Part shown: piece after piece, positions 37,594 to 47,874 of the stretch | Numbering within the stretch: position 1 is the stretch's first letter | Layout of the letters: the number at the start of each line of letters is the position of its first letter | Assembly (NCBI GenBank): GCA_963784785.1 | Contig: CAWASW010000005.1 | Coordinates: 9,247-73,246 of the forward strand | Reading direction: 5' to 3' | DNA length: 64,000 bases | Origin: Candidatus Woesebacteria bacterium | Lineage (GTDB): Bacteria > Patescibacteriota > Microgenomatia > UBA8517 | Translations under genes and position numbers: made by a program | The notes under the pieces: generated by a model | What the model saw: the letters and a program-made list of their open reading frames with translations, nothing else | What the model was told of the DNA's origin: nothing | The model's database searches: none

Positions 37594-38310
37594 ATCTAAA
37601 AATTTTATTTAGAGAAATCAATCATTTGATTTTGTTTCCATATTCTATTTTTACTACATTATTATTTTTTGCTGGTTTGTTTCAATTGAAAAAATATAAA
37701 AAGTTAGTTATTTCATTTTTATTAATACCATTTATCTTTTTGTCTTTTTATCAAAGGGGAGCGATAAGCTTCTTTTTTATTGCTGCCCTACCTCTGTCAT
37801 CGGCAATACTTGTTAATGGAATTAGTTTTTTTTTCAAAATTAATTAGGTACACTTTTATAGTGGTGGTAGTTCTATTAAATATTTTATTACTTAAGAACA
37901 TCTATGAACCAAACAATGCATTAATACCAATTGGAGATAAAAATATAATTACGATTGATGATAGAAAGAAAATAATTGACTGGATGTATTTACAAGCGAA
38001 TGGCCAGGGATTTTCTGTATGGATTTATACAATACCCTATTTCCAAGATTATCCTTGGGAATATTTATTTTTAACTTATGCAAAAGACAAATATGGATAC
38101 CAACCTGAAAGGACTGGTTCATTTTCCAAAAATGATCTTAATAGTTCTAAATACTTTTTTAATATTTACGAATTAGATGATGATAATCCTTCGAGACAGA
38201 GTACATGGTTTGAACAAATTGAAAAAAGCTTTGGTCTTAGCAAAGGATATTTTAATTCTCATGATGTACATGTTGAGTTAAGAGAAAAAGTCAGTTAATA
38301 TGTCTATATT

Positions 38311-38823
38311 ATGTATGAAAATAAAGTTAACTGGTTTAGCCTTGTGGGCTACGTTATTTTAACTGTAGTTGTTGCCTCAGGAATTTTTTATATATTAAAA
38401 TCGATGGATGAGCCAAAAATTAATGCTAAACCTAGTCAAAAAGTAGCAGTTGCAGAAAGCTCTCCTAAAAGAGATAATAGTAAAATGCAACAAGATGTGA
38501 AGGAACTAAAAATTGAAGATTTAGTAGTAGGTACCGGTGCAGAAGCTGTTTCAGGAAAAGAAATAACTGTTAATTATACGGGAACCTTGGTAGATGGTAC
38601 TAAATTTGATTCATCTCTAAACCCAGGTAGAACTCCATTTGAATTTACATTAGGTGCTGGGCAAGTAATAGAAGGTTGGGATAAAGGCTTTAGTGGCATG
38701 AAGATTGGTGGTAAGAGAAGACTAACGATTCCCTCAAGTATGGGATATGGTGCTCAAGGAACTGGACCAATTCCTGGAAATGCCACTTTAATTTTTGAAG
38801 TTGAACTTCTTGGAGTTAAATAA
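38311..38823 (+). CDS. FKBP-type peptidyl-prolyl cis-trans isomerase, membrane anchored
   Basis: YTGTLVDGTKFDSS, FTLGAGQVIEGWDKG, ATLIFEVELL motifs. Confidence 0.85.
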   Translation: MYENKVNWFSLVGYVILTVVVASGIFYILKSMDEPKINAKPSQKVAVAESSPKRDNSKMQQDVKELKIEDLVVGTGAEAVSGKEITVNYTGTLVDGTKFDSSLNPGRTPFEFTLGAGQVIEGWDKGFSGMKIGGKRRLTIPSSMGYGAQGTGPIPGNATLIFEVELLGVK

Positions 38824-38846
38824 CATTATTGTGATATCATCATAAT

Positions 38847-39185
38847 ATGAAGTACTTTGATTCTCCTTTGTCTCTTAGTGATGTTGATATTGTTCATGAA
38901 ACATACGGTGAATATGTAAAAATTACAGCTGATTTGGAAAATAATAGAATTGTTGTTGGGTGTGAACTTCATGCGGATGGTGAAAAAATTCTTTTAGAAA
39001 AAGGCGGTAATGACGATAATATCTGGGGTGGGGGAATTGATTTTATAATTAAGGACATAACTGCAACTGCGATGTTAAATTTGAGACCCAGATTAAATAA
39101 CGATAGCATGGAAATTTTGGATCCAGCGAGAAGGTCTGATTTTATCGAATTGGTTAGAAAATATTTTAAAAAGCTATGGCTATAG
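38847..39185 (+). CDS. hypothetical protein
   Basis: 112-aa ORF. Confidence 0.35.
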   Translation: MKYFDSPLSLSDVDIVHETYGEYVKITADLENNRIVVGCELHADGEKILLEKGGNDDNIWGGGIDFIIKDITATAMLNLRPRLNNDSMEILDPARRSDFIELVRKYFKKLWL

Positions 39186-39397
39186 ATACACGTTCAAAAG
39201 AAGCAGACAAATTAGCAAATTTGTATCGTGCGGCTTTTTATATCGCAAAAGGAGCCGAAAAAATTGGGTTAGATTTTATTAAGAAAACTGATGAGGAATT
39301 TCCAGAAATGGATTTCTCAACCGATATTAAAAGGATGTATTGGGCAGAAAAAGTTTTTGATAGGTACGTTTTGTTAAAAATTAACATAAGTAAATGA
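39176..39397 (+). CDS. hypothetical small protein
   Basis: 73-aa ORF overlapping its neighbours by a few nt. Confidence 0.3.
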   Translation: MAIDTRSKEADKLANLYRAAFYIAKGAEKIGLDFIKKTDEEFPEMDFSTDIKRMYWAEKVFDRYVLLKINISK

Positions 39398-39723
39398 AAA
39401 TAAAAGTCATTGTAAATGACATGATGCAAAAGGGCTATGAATATCACTTAACTTCTTCGATCGGTAAAGATTTTGACCCTAATTTCACTCCTGAATTAAC
39501 ACCGAAAGAAATGTTAGAACTTGGTGTTTTTGGTGGTAAATACATGACAGATTGCAAAGATGAATTTCCAAAAGATTGGTATAAAAATGCAAAATTATGT
39601 CATGAATTTCATAATCCAAAATTAAATTTTTTCAAAATTAGTGCAAGTGAGTTTCTTTCTGTTTGGAGACAAAAAGGATGGATATTTGATGAAGATCCGA
39701 GAGGATGGGATACCGTTGCATAA
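39394..39723 (+). pseudogene. hypothetical gene interrupted by a MITE and then an IS1634-like element; C-terminal part resumes at 41795-41882
   Basis: Removing the MITE gives an in-frame read-through ...DEDPRGW-FQWYCRYYMGRRNE..., which is the ORF found after the IS (41649-41882). Confidence 0.6.
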
Positions 39724-39903
39724 ACGGTCACTTGTTTAGCCTTAAATGATTTGTTGTTTTTCGTTAAAATAATAACACTTTCGTCCGATTACTCGGACAA
39801 TGCTGAAATTGGTTGTAGAAGCGTTTACTTAGTGAAACTACCTTTTTAGGCCGAAAGTATAGTAAAATCAGTGTGTTTTAGGAGACCGAAATGTAACGGT
39901 CTC
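39709..39903 (+). mobile_element. 195-bp MITE, copy 4
   Basis: 9-bp TSD AGAGGATGG at 39700-39708 and 39904-39912. Confidence 0.75.
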
Positions 39904-40016
39904 AGAGGATGGTTCCAATGGTATTGTAGATATTATATGGGTAGGAGAAATGAAAAAATAGATCAAATTCAGATCGAAAGGTGGAAGTCAATGAAAAGAC
40001 ATATTGCACAACTAGT
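39885..40016. repeat. 132-bp direct target duplication, left copy (IS copy 2); includes the last 19 bp of the MITE
   Basis: Identical to 41663..41794. Confidence 0.85.
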
Positions 40017-41662
40017 CCTGACTTCGCCAACCTAGTTTTTATGTAACTTCTTGAGGCTAATTGTTTGTATTTTTATGTACTTTAGGGCACTTACTGTTTT
40101 ATTTGCTAAAATTAGGTTTGAATGTACTTAAGAAAGGTCAAAAACAAATCTAATACATCAGTTCAAGTTGCCCAAAAAGTTTCAGGAAGAAGAAAAATAG
40201 TGAAGCACATTGGAACTGCAAGAAATGAGTTGGAGCTAATTGAACTTACAAAATTAGGCTTAAAATACATTGATGATTGTCGTATCAAAGAAGGAAGAAT
40301 TTCACTTTTTGACAACAGATTTAATCAATCTGAACTTAAAGAGCTACTTTCAAAGGTAACTTTTGGCAAAGTAATGGATACTGTCTCTTACAATTTTTTT
40401 GATTTTTACTATCATTTTTTAGGTTTAAATGACTTAAAAGACAATTGTTTTAAGGATCTTGTTATTGCAAGAATTTTAAATCCAACTTCAAAACTTGAAA
40501 CTAGAAATTATCTTGAAGAGAAATTAAATCACAAATACTCACTTACAGAAATCTACAGAGGCATGAAAAAAGCCTTTGATGGTGGCTACAAAGAGATAGT
40601 TGAGGATTTGTTATTTAATTTTGCCAAAACAAATATTTCATCTGTAATTTCAGTTTTATTTTTTGATGTCACAACTTTATATTATGAATCTTTTACAGAA
40701 GATGATTTTAGAAAAAATGGCTTTTCAAAAGACAAAAAATCAAATCAACCTCAAATAGTTGTTTCCTTAACAGTCACAAAACAAGGTTTCCCTGTTCATA
40801 TGCAGGCTTTTGAAGGAAATACTTTTGAAGGCCACACAATGCTTCCTGTAATGAAAGACCTCATCAAAAAGCATTCCTTGAAAGACATTATTCTTGTTGC
40901 AGATGCTGGTATGTTAAGTGAGAAAAATACAGATGAATTGGAAAAAGAAAACTTAAAGTTTATAGTTGGAGCAAGACTTGGTAATTTAGACAAAACTATT
41001 TTTGAAAAAGTAATTAGTGTACCTAAAATAGATGGCTCTACAGAAAGATTTGAACTTACAAAAACTAAATTTTTAATTATCAACTACTCAGTCAAAAGAG
41101 CATCAAAAGACAAATCAGACAGAGAAAAACAATTAAAAAGAGCAAATTATGCACTAAATAATCCAAGCAACTTAACTAAAAACTACAAATTTCTAAAAAA
41201 AGAAAAGGGAATTAAAAAAGAATGGAAAATAAATGAAGCTAAACTTAAAAAAGCAGAACAGCTTGAAGGCTTAAAAGGTTATGTTACAAATGCACTAGAA
41301 TTAACAAACACAGAAATAATTACCAAATATCAAGAACTCTGGCAAGTTGAAAAGGCATTTAGAATCACAAAATCAGACCTCCAAGCTAGACCAATATTTC
41401 ATACAGCCAAAGAAAAAATATTAACCCACATGTTAATTGTTTTTACCAGTCTTGCAATTACAAGATATGCAGAAATTAAAAACAACAAAAGCACAAAAAA
41501 GATACTACAAATTCTATCAAGCTTAAAAGAAATTACTATCAAAGACAAAATCTCAAATGAAGAAATATCAAAATTTACAGAACCAACAACAGAGCAACTT
41601 CAACTTCTTAAAAATACCAAACTTCTATCTTTTATTCAGGGCACTTAATTGGCGAAGTCAGG
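40017..41662 (+). mobile_element. IS1634-family-like insertion sequence, copy 2
   Basis: Same 1646-bp element and TIRs as copy 1. Confidence 0.8.
40122..41648 (+). CDS. IS1634-family-like DDE transposase
   Basis: 508 aa, identical to copy 3. Confidence 0.8.
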   Translation: MYLRKVKNKSNTSVQVAQKVSGRRKIVKHIGTARNELELIELTKLGLKYIDDCRIKEGRISLFDNRFNQSELKELLSKVTFGKVMDTVSYNFFDFYYHFLGLNDLKDNCFKDLVIARILNPTSKLETRNYLEEKLNHKYSLTEIYRGMKKAFDGGYKEIVEDLLFNFAKTNISSVISVLFFDVTTLYYESFTEDDFRKNGFSKDKKSNQPQIVVSLTVTKQGFPVHMQAFEGNTFEGHTMLPVMKDLIKKHSLKDIILVADAGMLSEKNTDELEKENLKFIVGARLGNLDKTIFEKVISVPKIDGSTERFELTKTKFLIINYSVKRASKDKSDREKQLKRANYALNNPSNLTKNYKFLKKEKGIKKEWKINEAKLKKAEQLEGLKGYVTNALELTNTEIITKYQELWQVEKAFRITKSDLQARPIFHTAKEKILTHMLIVFTSLAITRYAEIKNNKSTKKILQILSSLKEITIKDKISNEEISKFTEPTTEQLQLLKNTKLLSFIQGT

Positions 41663-41794
41663 ACCGAAATGTAACGGTCTCAGAGGATGGTTCCAATGGT
41701 ATTGTAGATATTATATGGGTAGGAGAAATGAAAAAATAGATCAAATTCAGATCGAAAGGTGGAAGTCAATGAAAAGACATATTGCACAACTAGT
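41663..41794. repeat. 132-bp direct target duplication, right copy
   Basis: Identical to 39885..40016. Confidence 0.85.
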
Positions 41795-41899
41795 CAAAAA
41801 TTGTTTACCCGAAGACTGGAATTGCAGAAGAAGGCAAAGACAGGCACTGTTGCATTGGGCATATGACACAAGAAAGATTTAATGTGATATTATATATAT

Positions 41900-42556
41900 A
41901 TGCCAAAAGATTTAAAGGAAGAAGTAAGAGAAAGTAAAAAGAAAATGGTTGTTGTTGAAGAAGTTGCTGAGGTCGAGGAAGCGAAGAAGGAGGAAATAAG
42001 TGATGAGTCTCAAGCCCCCAAAGTAGTAGAGGTAGCGGAAGTTTCACCAGTCGTCACTGAAGTTACTGTTGATGAAGAAGAAGTTGAAAAGTCAAATTAC
42101 CTTTGGATAATTATTCCCACAGCATTACTCATTGGTGCTTTAGTTGGTGGGCTAATAACCTATTTTTCGGGAATATCTAGACTTGCTGAATTAAGTCCTA
42201 CTTCAACTCCTGTTCCTACTTCTGCACCAGTTGTGCAACCAACTCCTACGACAGAATCTAAATCTACTTTTGATCGAAGTATTGTCAAAATTCAGGTATT
42301 AAATGGTAGTGGAATTTCAGGTTTGGCTAGCAAAGCAAAGATTTATCTAGAGGGTCTTGGTTATAAAGAAGTTGCAACGGGAAATGCTTCAGTTTCAAAT
42401 CTTGTTGAGACAAAAATTTCTGCAAAAGATTCTAAAAGTGAGGTATTAAATAATGTCATCTCTGACGTATCTAAAAATTACAAAGTTGCCGAAAAAACTG
42501 AAGTTCTTGCTGCCTCAAGTAAATATGATTTTGTAATCATTCTTGGTAGCAAATGA
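41900..42556 (+). CDS. LytR_C (LytR/CpsA/Psr C-terminal) domain membrane protein
   Basis: Acidic N-terminus, TM, then IKIQVLNGSGISGLASKAKIYLEGLGY typical of the LytR_C domain. Confidence 0.55.
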   Translation: MPKDLKEEVRESKKKMVVVEEVAEVEEAKKEEISDESQAPKVVEVAEVSPVVTEVTVDEEEVEKSNYLWIIIPTALLIGALVGGLITYFSGISRLAELSPTSTPVPTSAPVVQPTPTTESKSTFDRSIVKIQVLNGSGISGLASKAKIYLEGLGYKEVATGNASVSNLVETKISAKDSKSEVLNNVISDVSKNYKVAEKTEVLAASSKYDFVIILGSK

Positions 42557-43593
42557 AATTACCACCTCTCCCTGTTTTTTTTCCGGATGCCACTCGTGGA
42601 TTAATTAGATCACTTGATACTACCGATATCGAAAACACCAAGATTAATGGTATTTTAGTTAATACATACCACCTATTTAAAGACCTTGGAATTGAATACA
42701 TAAAAGAACGTGGAGGAATAAAGAAGTTTATGAATTGGAAGGGATTTGTTATTTCTGACTCAGGTGGATTTCAAGTAGGTAGTCTTATTAAGATGAATCC
42801 TTCGTCGGGGTTTGTAAATGATAAAGGAGCTACATTTAAACCTGTTGGTGAAAAGGTTGTTAAATTAACACCCGAAAAATCAGTTGAATTTCAACTGGAA
42901 TTGGGTAGTGATATGGTAGTAGTACTGGATGATTTTACAGATCCAAAAGCAACTTACGAAGAAGCAAAAGTATCTGTTGAACGAACTATAAAATGGGCAA
43001 AAAGAAGTAAAGCCGAGTTCTTGCGTATAGCTAAAGACAAACAGCTAACGGCTAAAGACTGTCCTTTGTTGCTTGGTGTTGTTCAAGGTGGCTATTATCA
43101 AGATTTACGAAAATATTGTGTAGAGGAATTGGTAAAAATTGGTTTTGATGGATTAGGATATGGTGGTTGGCCAATGACAATTGATAATAAATTTGATTTA
43201 GAATCTGCAAAAACGATTGCTGATAACACACCTAAAGATTATTTATTATATGGACTAGGAGTTGGAATGCCACAAGATATCGTTGCCTTATCTGAACTCA
43301 GATATAACATATTCGATTGTGTCTTGCCTACAAGAGACGCAAGACATGGAAGGGCATATGTTTTTACTGGTGTTGGAACAGAACATAAATTTGTCGACTT
43401 AACAAAAGGAAGAATGATGGGAGATGATTCAAAACTTAGTGACAATTGTGATTGTTTAGCTTGTACTAGATATACGAAAAGTTATTTGGCTCATCTGTTT
43501 AAAACTGGCGATTCTACCGCTGGTAGACTTTTGACAATTCATAATCTTCGTTTTTATTCTATATTAATGGATAAATTGCGATCAAAGGGTTGA
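42553..43593 (+). CDS. tgt: queuine/archaeosine-type tRNA-guanine transglycosylase (TGT family)
   Basis: TGT-like core (ISDSGGFQV, LVLDDFTDP) and Zn site CDCLAC...H. Confidence 0.75.
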   Translation: MKLPPLPVFFPDATRGLIRSLDTTDIENTKINGILVNTYHLFKDLGIEYIKERGGIKKFMNWKGFVISDSGGFQVGSLIKMNPSSGFVNDKGATFKPVGEKVVKLTPEKSVEFQLELGSDMVVVLDDFTDPKATYEEAKVSVERTIKWAKRSKAEFLRIAKDKQLTAKDCPLLLGVVQGGYYQDLRKYCVEELVKIGFDGLGYGGWPMTIDNKFDLESAKTIADNTPKDYLLYGLGVGMPQDIVALSELRYNIFDCVLPTRDARHGRAYVFTGVGTEHKFVDLTKGRMMGDDSKLSDNCDCLACTRYTKSYLAHLFKTGDSTAGRLLTIHNLRFYSILMDKLRSKG

Positions 43594-43630
43594 CAACGAC
43601 CCTAAGTTTTAGGTATACTGCGCCACAGAC

Positions 43631-44272
43631 ATGGAAGAGACACAATCCCAAGATCAAATAGCACAGCAAGGTCCATTACAGACCTCAGGTTTCAACCAAC
43701 CTAAAGCAAAAAATAGTAATTCGAAGTGGATTGTAATTTTCATTGTGTTATTGATATTAGGTGGTGCTGGAATATTTTTCTTTACTAGCAATGCAAACAA
43801 ACCAATTCCAACACCTACACCTTCATTTGGAGTAGTTCCAATAGAAAATAAAACAACACCAACTCCTGTAGCGACTGCTTCAGCCACACCTATTAAGAAA
43901 GATACGATTACAATTGAAATTCAGAATGGAACAGGTATAACAGGAGAAGCAAAATTGTTGCAGGATAAATTAAAAGCATTAGGTTATACAGAAATTACAG
44001 TTGGTAATGCAGACACTACAGATAATACAGAAACCAACGTTACATTTAAAAAGACACTTGCACAGTCAGCACAAGACGAACTTAAAAAAGAATTAGAATT
44101 ATTCTATAAAACCGTTAATGTAAAAACGTCTTCTACACAAAAAACAGACGTTTTAATAGTAACTGGTTTAAGAAATCAGACAGCTAAAATAGTAAGTTCT
44201 GCTACTCCAAAATCATCTGCTGTTGCTACTTCTTCAGCTTCTCCTAAGGCTAGTGCTACACCTTTAAACTAA
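43631..44272 (+). CDS. LytR_C domain membrane protein (paralog)
   Basis: TIEIQNGTGITGEAKLLQDKLKALGY. Confidence 0.5.
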   Translation: MEETQSQDQIAQQGPLQTSGFNQPKAKNSNSKWIVIFIVLLILGGAGIFFFTSNANKPIPTPTPSFGVVPIENKTTPTPVATASATPIKKDTITIEIQNGTGITGEAKLLQDKLKALGYTEITVGNADTTDNTETNVTFKKTLAQSAQDELKKELELFYKTVNVKTSSTQKTDVLIVTGLRNQTAKIVSSATPKSSAVATSSASPKASATPLN

Positions 44273-44294
44273 AAAATTAGTATATAATTAGACT

Positions 44295-44738
44295 ATGCAA
44301 AGTATTCAATTTTTGATACAAAAAATAACTGTTTTTTTTCAAAGTTTTTCAGTTGCGCCTACATATATTCAAGCTGGATCTATCGTGGTTTTACTTTTCT
44401 TACTTATTGTAAGTCTTGCCCAATTTAGGCAACATTTTGTTAAATGGTCATTTAAGGGAGGGTTGATAGGTCTATTTTTTGGATTTTTATTAACTATATT
44501 GCTTGAAGGTTTTTTGCTCTTGAGTGGGCATACAGTTATAACTGGTTTATTAGGTTGGAAAAATGCACCAAAACCTTTTAGCACTGCATTAGATCTGGGT
44601 AAAAATAAATTAATAAATGTATTGGGAGTTTCCACCTCGAACGTCACAGCCACTTCAGCAACTGATGCGATTTCTGTTCTTCAAACTTTAAATCCTGATG
44701 AAATAAAAAAAATAAAAGCTATAATATGCACTCCTTAA
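44295..44738 (+). CDS. membrane protein, hypothetical
   Basis: 147 aa with 3 TM helices. Confidence 0.35.
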   Translation: MQSIQFLIQKITVFFQSFSVAPTYIQAGSIVVLLFLLIVSLAQFRQHFVKWSFKGGLIGLFFGFLLTILLEGFLLLSGHTVITGLLGWKNAPKPFSTALDLGKNKLINVLGVSTSNVTATSATDAISVLQTLNPDEIKKIKAIICTP

Positions 44739-44739
44739 C

Positions 44740-45777
44740 ATGAACGAAGAATTAAATCAAAAATTAGCAAAACTAAAAGAAGTACTAGATATTCCAAAGA
44801 AAGAAGAAGAGCTAAAACAACTTGAGGTTCTTTCTCTTGATCCTCACCTTTGGGATGATCAAAATAATGCAAAATCAGTTTTGCAAAATATATCAAGCCT
44901 GACAGAAGAACTTGCTGAAATAAAAGATGTTTCTGATACTTTGGAAATTTTAAATGAAGTTCAAGATGAGGAAGAACTCAAAAAGTTATCCAGACAAATT
45001 GCAAAATTAGAACTTAAGTCATATCTATCTGGCCCATATGACAATAAAAATACGATAGTGACAATTCATGCAGGACAAGGCGGAACTGAAGCCATGGATT
45101 GGTCAGCAATGCTTTTTAGAATGTATATCAGGTATTGTGAAAGAAAAGGTTTTTCAACTGAAATATTAGAAAACACTCAAGGTGAAGAGGCGGGAATTAA
45201 AAGTGTTACCTTCCAAATTAAAGGTCGTTATGCCTATGGTTATATGAAAGGCGAAGCGGGAACTCATAGACTAGTTAGGCAGTCTCCATTTAATGCTAAT
45301 GATTTAAGGCAGACTTCGTTTGCATTGGTTGAAGTATTGCCTGATTTAGAGGCTTCAGATCTTCCTGATATTCAAATTAAGGATGAAGAACTTGATTGGC
45401 AATTTACAAGGGCAGGTGGTCATGGTGGACAAAATGTTAATAAAGTTTCAACTGCAGTAAGACTTACTCATTTACCTACGGGGATTGTAATTACAGCTAG
45501 AACCGAGAGGTTTCAAGAGCAGAACAGAAAGATTGCATTAGGTCTTTTGCGTGCGAAACTTTGGTTAAGACAACAGGAAATGGAAAAGAATCATTTAAAA
45601 GATATCAAAGGTGATTACAAACCAGCAAGCTGGGGTAACCAGATACGTTCTTACGTTCTTCATCCTTATAAGATGGTCAAGGACTTAAGGACTGAGGTGG
45701 AATCAGGTAATCCTGATGCAGTCTTGGACGGCGAAATGGACGAATTCATCGAGGCAGAGTTGAAACTTAAATTGTAA
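44740..45777 (+). CDS. prfB: peptide chain release factor 2 (single uninterrupted ORF)
   Basis: SPF tripeptide (RF2-specific) and GGQ motif; no in-frame UGA. Confidence 0.9.
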   Translation: MNEELNQKLAKLKEVLDIPKKEEELKQLEVLSLDPHLWDDQNNAKSVLQNISSLTEELAEIKDVSDTLEILNEVQDEEELKKLSRQIAKLELKSYLSGPYDNKNTIVTIHAGQGGTEAMDWSAMLFRMYIRYCERKGFSTEILENTQGEEAGIKSVTFQIKGRYAYGYMKGEAGTHRLVRQSPFNANDLRQTSFALVEVLPDLEASDLPDIQIKDEELDWQFTRAGGHGGQNVNKVSTAVRLTHLPTGIVITARTERFQEQNRKIALGLLRAKLWLRQQEMEKNHLKDIKGDYKPASWGNQIRSYVLHPYKMVKDLRTEVESGNPDAVLDGEMDEFIEAELKLKL

Positions 45778-45786
45778 AATAACAAC

Positions 45787-46370
45787 ATGGATGGAGCAAT
45801 AAATAAACTAAAAAATAAGATAATTGAACTTGCAGGTAAAGAGTCCTTTATTCATCACAAATGGTTTGTTAAATATCATCAATTAGTTGTCGAAAAGATA
45901 TCTACTGAATTGTGTGATATCTACAACGACGCAGATAAAGATATTGTTATGGCATTATTGTGGGTGCATGATATCGGGAAAATAATGTCTCTTACTGAAG
46001 AACAATCTATTGAAAAAATTAAAAGTTTGATGTTGGAATCTGGATATGAATTAGTTTTAATAAATAAGACTATCGAATATTACAATTTAATGGAAAAAAG
46101 ATGGAGATTGATCTAAATGAGTCTCCGATTGAAGTTAGAATAGTTTCATCTGCAGATGGAGCATCTCATTTTATTGGACCATTTTATTACACATATTTTC
46201 ATGAAAATTCTGGCATGAATTTAGGCGATATCTTTGAATCAAATGTAAAAAAAGCAAATAAAGACTGGAATAGAAAAATAGTCTTGCCAGAGGTCAAAGC
46301 AGCTTTGCAAGATAGGTACAAGTTTACTTTAGAAAATAATGGCCAATTTCCAGACAAATTTATTGGGTAG
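45787..46370 (+). CDS. HD-domain protein, probably one gene with a frameshift at an A6 run near 46100
   Basis: LLWVHDIGK (HD motif) in the first ORF; the second ORF overlaps by 16 nt in another frame. Confidence 0.4.
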
Positions 46371-46784
46371 AATTAAAACTAAAGTTATGAGGACTTATAA
46401 GGTTTGACCTTTAAAGGTAGTATCAAAACATATCACGTATATGGATAATAAATTATATTGGGCGGATAAACATAAAAAGTATTCAACACAGGATTGGATT
46501 GATAAACCAACCATCTTTTCACAATTTGCAGTTAGTTATTTTCCAAAAATAGGTAGACTTTTGGATCTTGGTGCTGGCCAAGGACAAGACTCAAGATTTT
46601 TTGCGGATAATGGTTATGAAGTAACTGCCACTGAATATTCTGAAGTCGCTATAGAATTAGCAACAAAAAATAAACCAGAGTTAAACATAAAATATTTAGC
46701 TCATGATTTGAGCGATTGACAGGTACCCCTTAAAATACACACAGTTTCTCTTATAATTGAGAAATTGTTTGGAGGTGAATTTAT

Positions 46785-47042
46785 TTGACTACAAAATTAA
46801 TTACAAAAGAATTAAAGGATGAAATCTTGGGAAAAGTTAAGCTTGGAGAAAGTGTGGCTTCATTATCAAGACATTACGATATGTTTGACAAAACAATATA
46901 TAGATGGCTTAAAGAGGGAGTTTTAAAAGATATCAGTGTATATGAATACACAAGATTAAGAAGGGAAAATCAGCAATTAAAGGAAGTTGTTGGAGTTTTA
47001 TCTCTTGAACTTTCTAAGTTAAAAAAAAAGACAAATCATTGA
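46785..47042 (+). CDS. IS3-family transposase OrfA (HTH)
   Basis: 85 aa, HTH plus leucine-zipper-like C-terminus, ends just after the slippery A9G. Confidence 0.75.
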   Translation: MTTKLITKELKDEILGKVKLGESVASLSRHYDMFDKTIYRWLKEGVLKDISVYEYTRLRRENQQLKEVVGVLSLELSKLKKKTNH

Positions 47043-47874
47043 CCTAGTAATTTCAAAAGTTTCTGGTCTAACAAAAACTTTTCTATCAAATTTGTTCTCA
47101 GTTTCAAGAAAATCTTTATACTTAAAATCAGACAAACAACTATTAAAAGATGAGTTCACTAAAGAAAAGATTTTGAATTGTTTAGACACAAATCCTGCAT
47201 ATGGCCACAGAAGGTTATCAATGGCTTTAAAATTCAACAAGAAAAGAGTTAAGAGGGTTATGAATCTAAATGGTATCAAACCTTACAAAAGAAGAAGACT
47301 ATACAGAAAAGTTGAAGATTATGGCAAACCAGAATCAAAATATCAAAATTTAATTAAAAACATTTGTCCAATAGCTCCAAATGTTATCTTTGCAGGAGAT
47401 TTTACGTTTTTAAAATACAATGGAAAGTTTTTATATCTTGCTACATTTTTAGATCAATTTACAAGAGAAATTGTAGGTTGGAGTATTTCTGCAACACACA
47501 CAAAAATACTTACAATTAATGCACTTCTTGATGCAATCAAAACTCATGGCAAACCAGAATTTATCCATACAGATCAAGGTTCAGAATATAACTCTCTAGA
47601 ATTCACAACCTTTGCAGAAAAGTTTGGAATTAAAGTATCAATGTCTAAAAAAGGTTCACCTTGGGAAAATGGATATCAAGAAAGTTACTATGGCAAATTT
47701 AAATTAGACCTTGGTCTAGAATTTGAAAGATTTACCACCTTAGGAGAATTTGTTGAAGCAGTTCACAAAACCATTAATTACTACAACACCACAAGAATAC
47801 ACAGAAATTTAAAAATGTCAGTTTCGCAGTACAAACAAAACTACATTCAAAAGTTGTTACTGCAAAAGGATTAA
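47023..47874 (+). CDS. IS3-family transposase OrfB (rve integrase core), -1 frame relative to orfA
   Basis: DDE catalytic core with HTDQGSEY and SPWENGYQESYYG motifs. Confidence 0.75.
   Translation, partial: KKRQIIDLVISKVSGLTKTFLSNLFSVSRKSLYLKSDKQLLKDEFTKEKILNCLDTNPAYGHRRLSMALKFNKKRVKRVMNLNGIKPYKRRRLYRKVEDYGKPESKYQNLIKNICPIAPNVIFAGDFTFLKYNGKFLYLATFLDQFTREIVGWSISATHTKILTINALLDAIKTHGKPEFIHTDQGSEYNSLEFTTFAEKFGIKVSMSKKGSPWENGYQESYYGKFKLDLGLEFERFTTLGEFVEAVHKTINYYNTTRIHRNLKMSVSQYKQNYIQKLLLQKD

Larger units (their letters stand above)
36335..38298 (+). pseudogene. ArnT/PMT-like (GT39/GT83-type) polytopic membrane glycosyltransferase disrupted by an IS200/IS605 insertion and a downstream frameshift
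   Basis: Multi-TM N-part 36335-37071 reads into the IS left end; C-part resumes at 37594 and shifts frame near a T9 run (about 37825). Confidence 0.5.

Noticed and set aside
44740-45777. Programmed +1 frameshift in prfB
   Set aside because: The RF2 ORF is continuous from its ATG with no in-frame UGA near codon 25, so this RF2 does not appear to use the autoregulatory frameshift.
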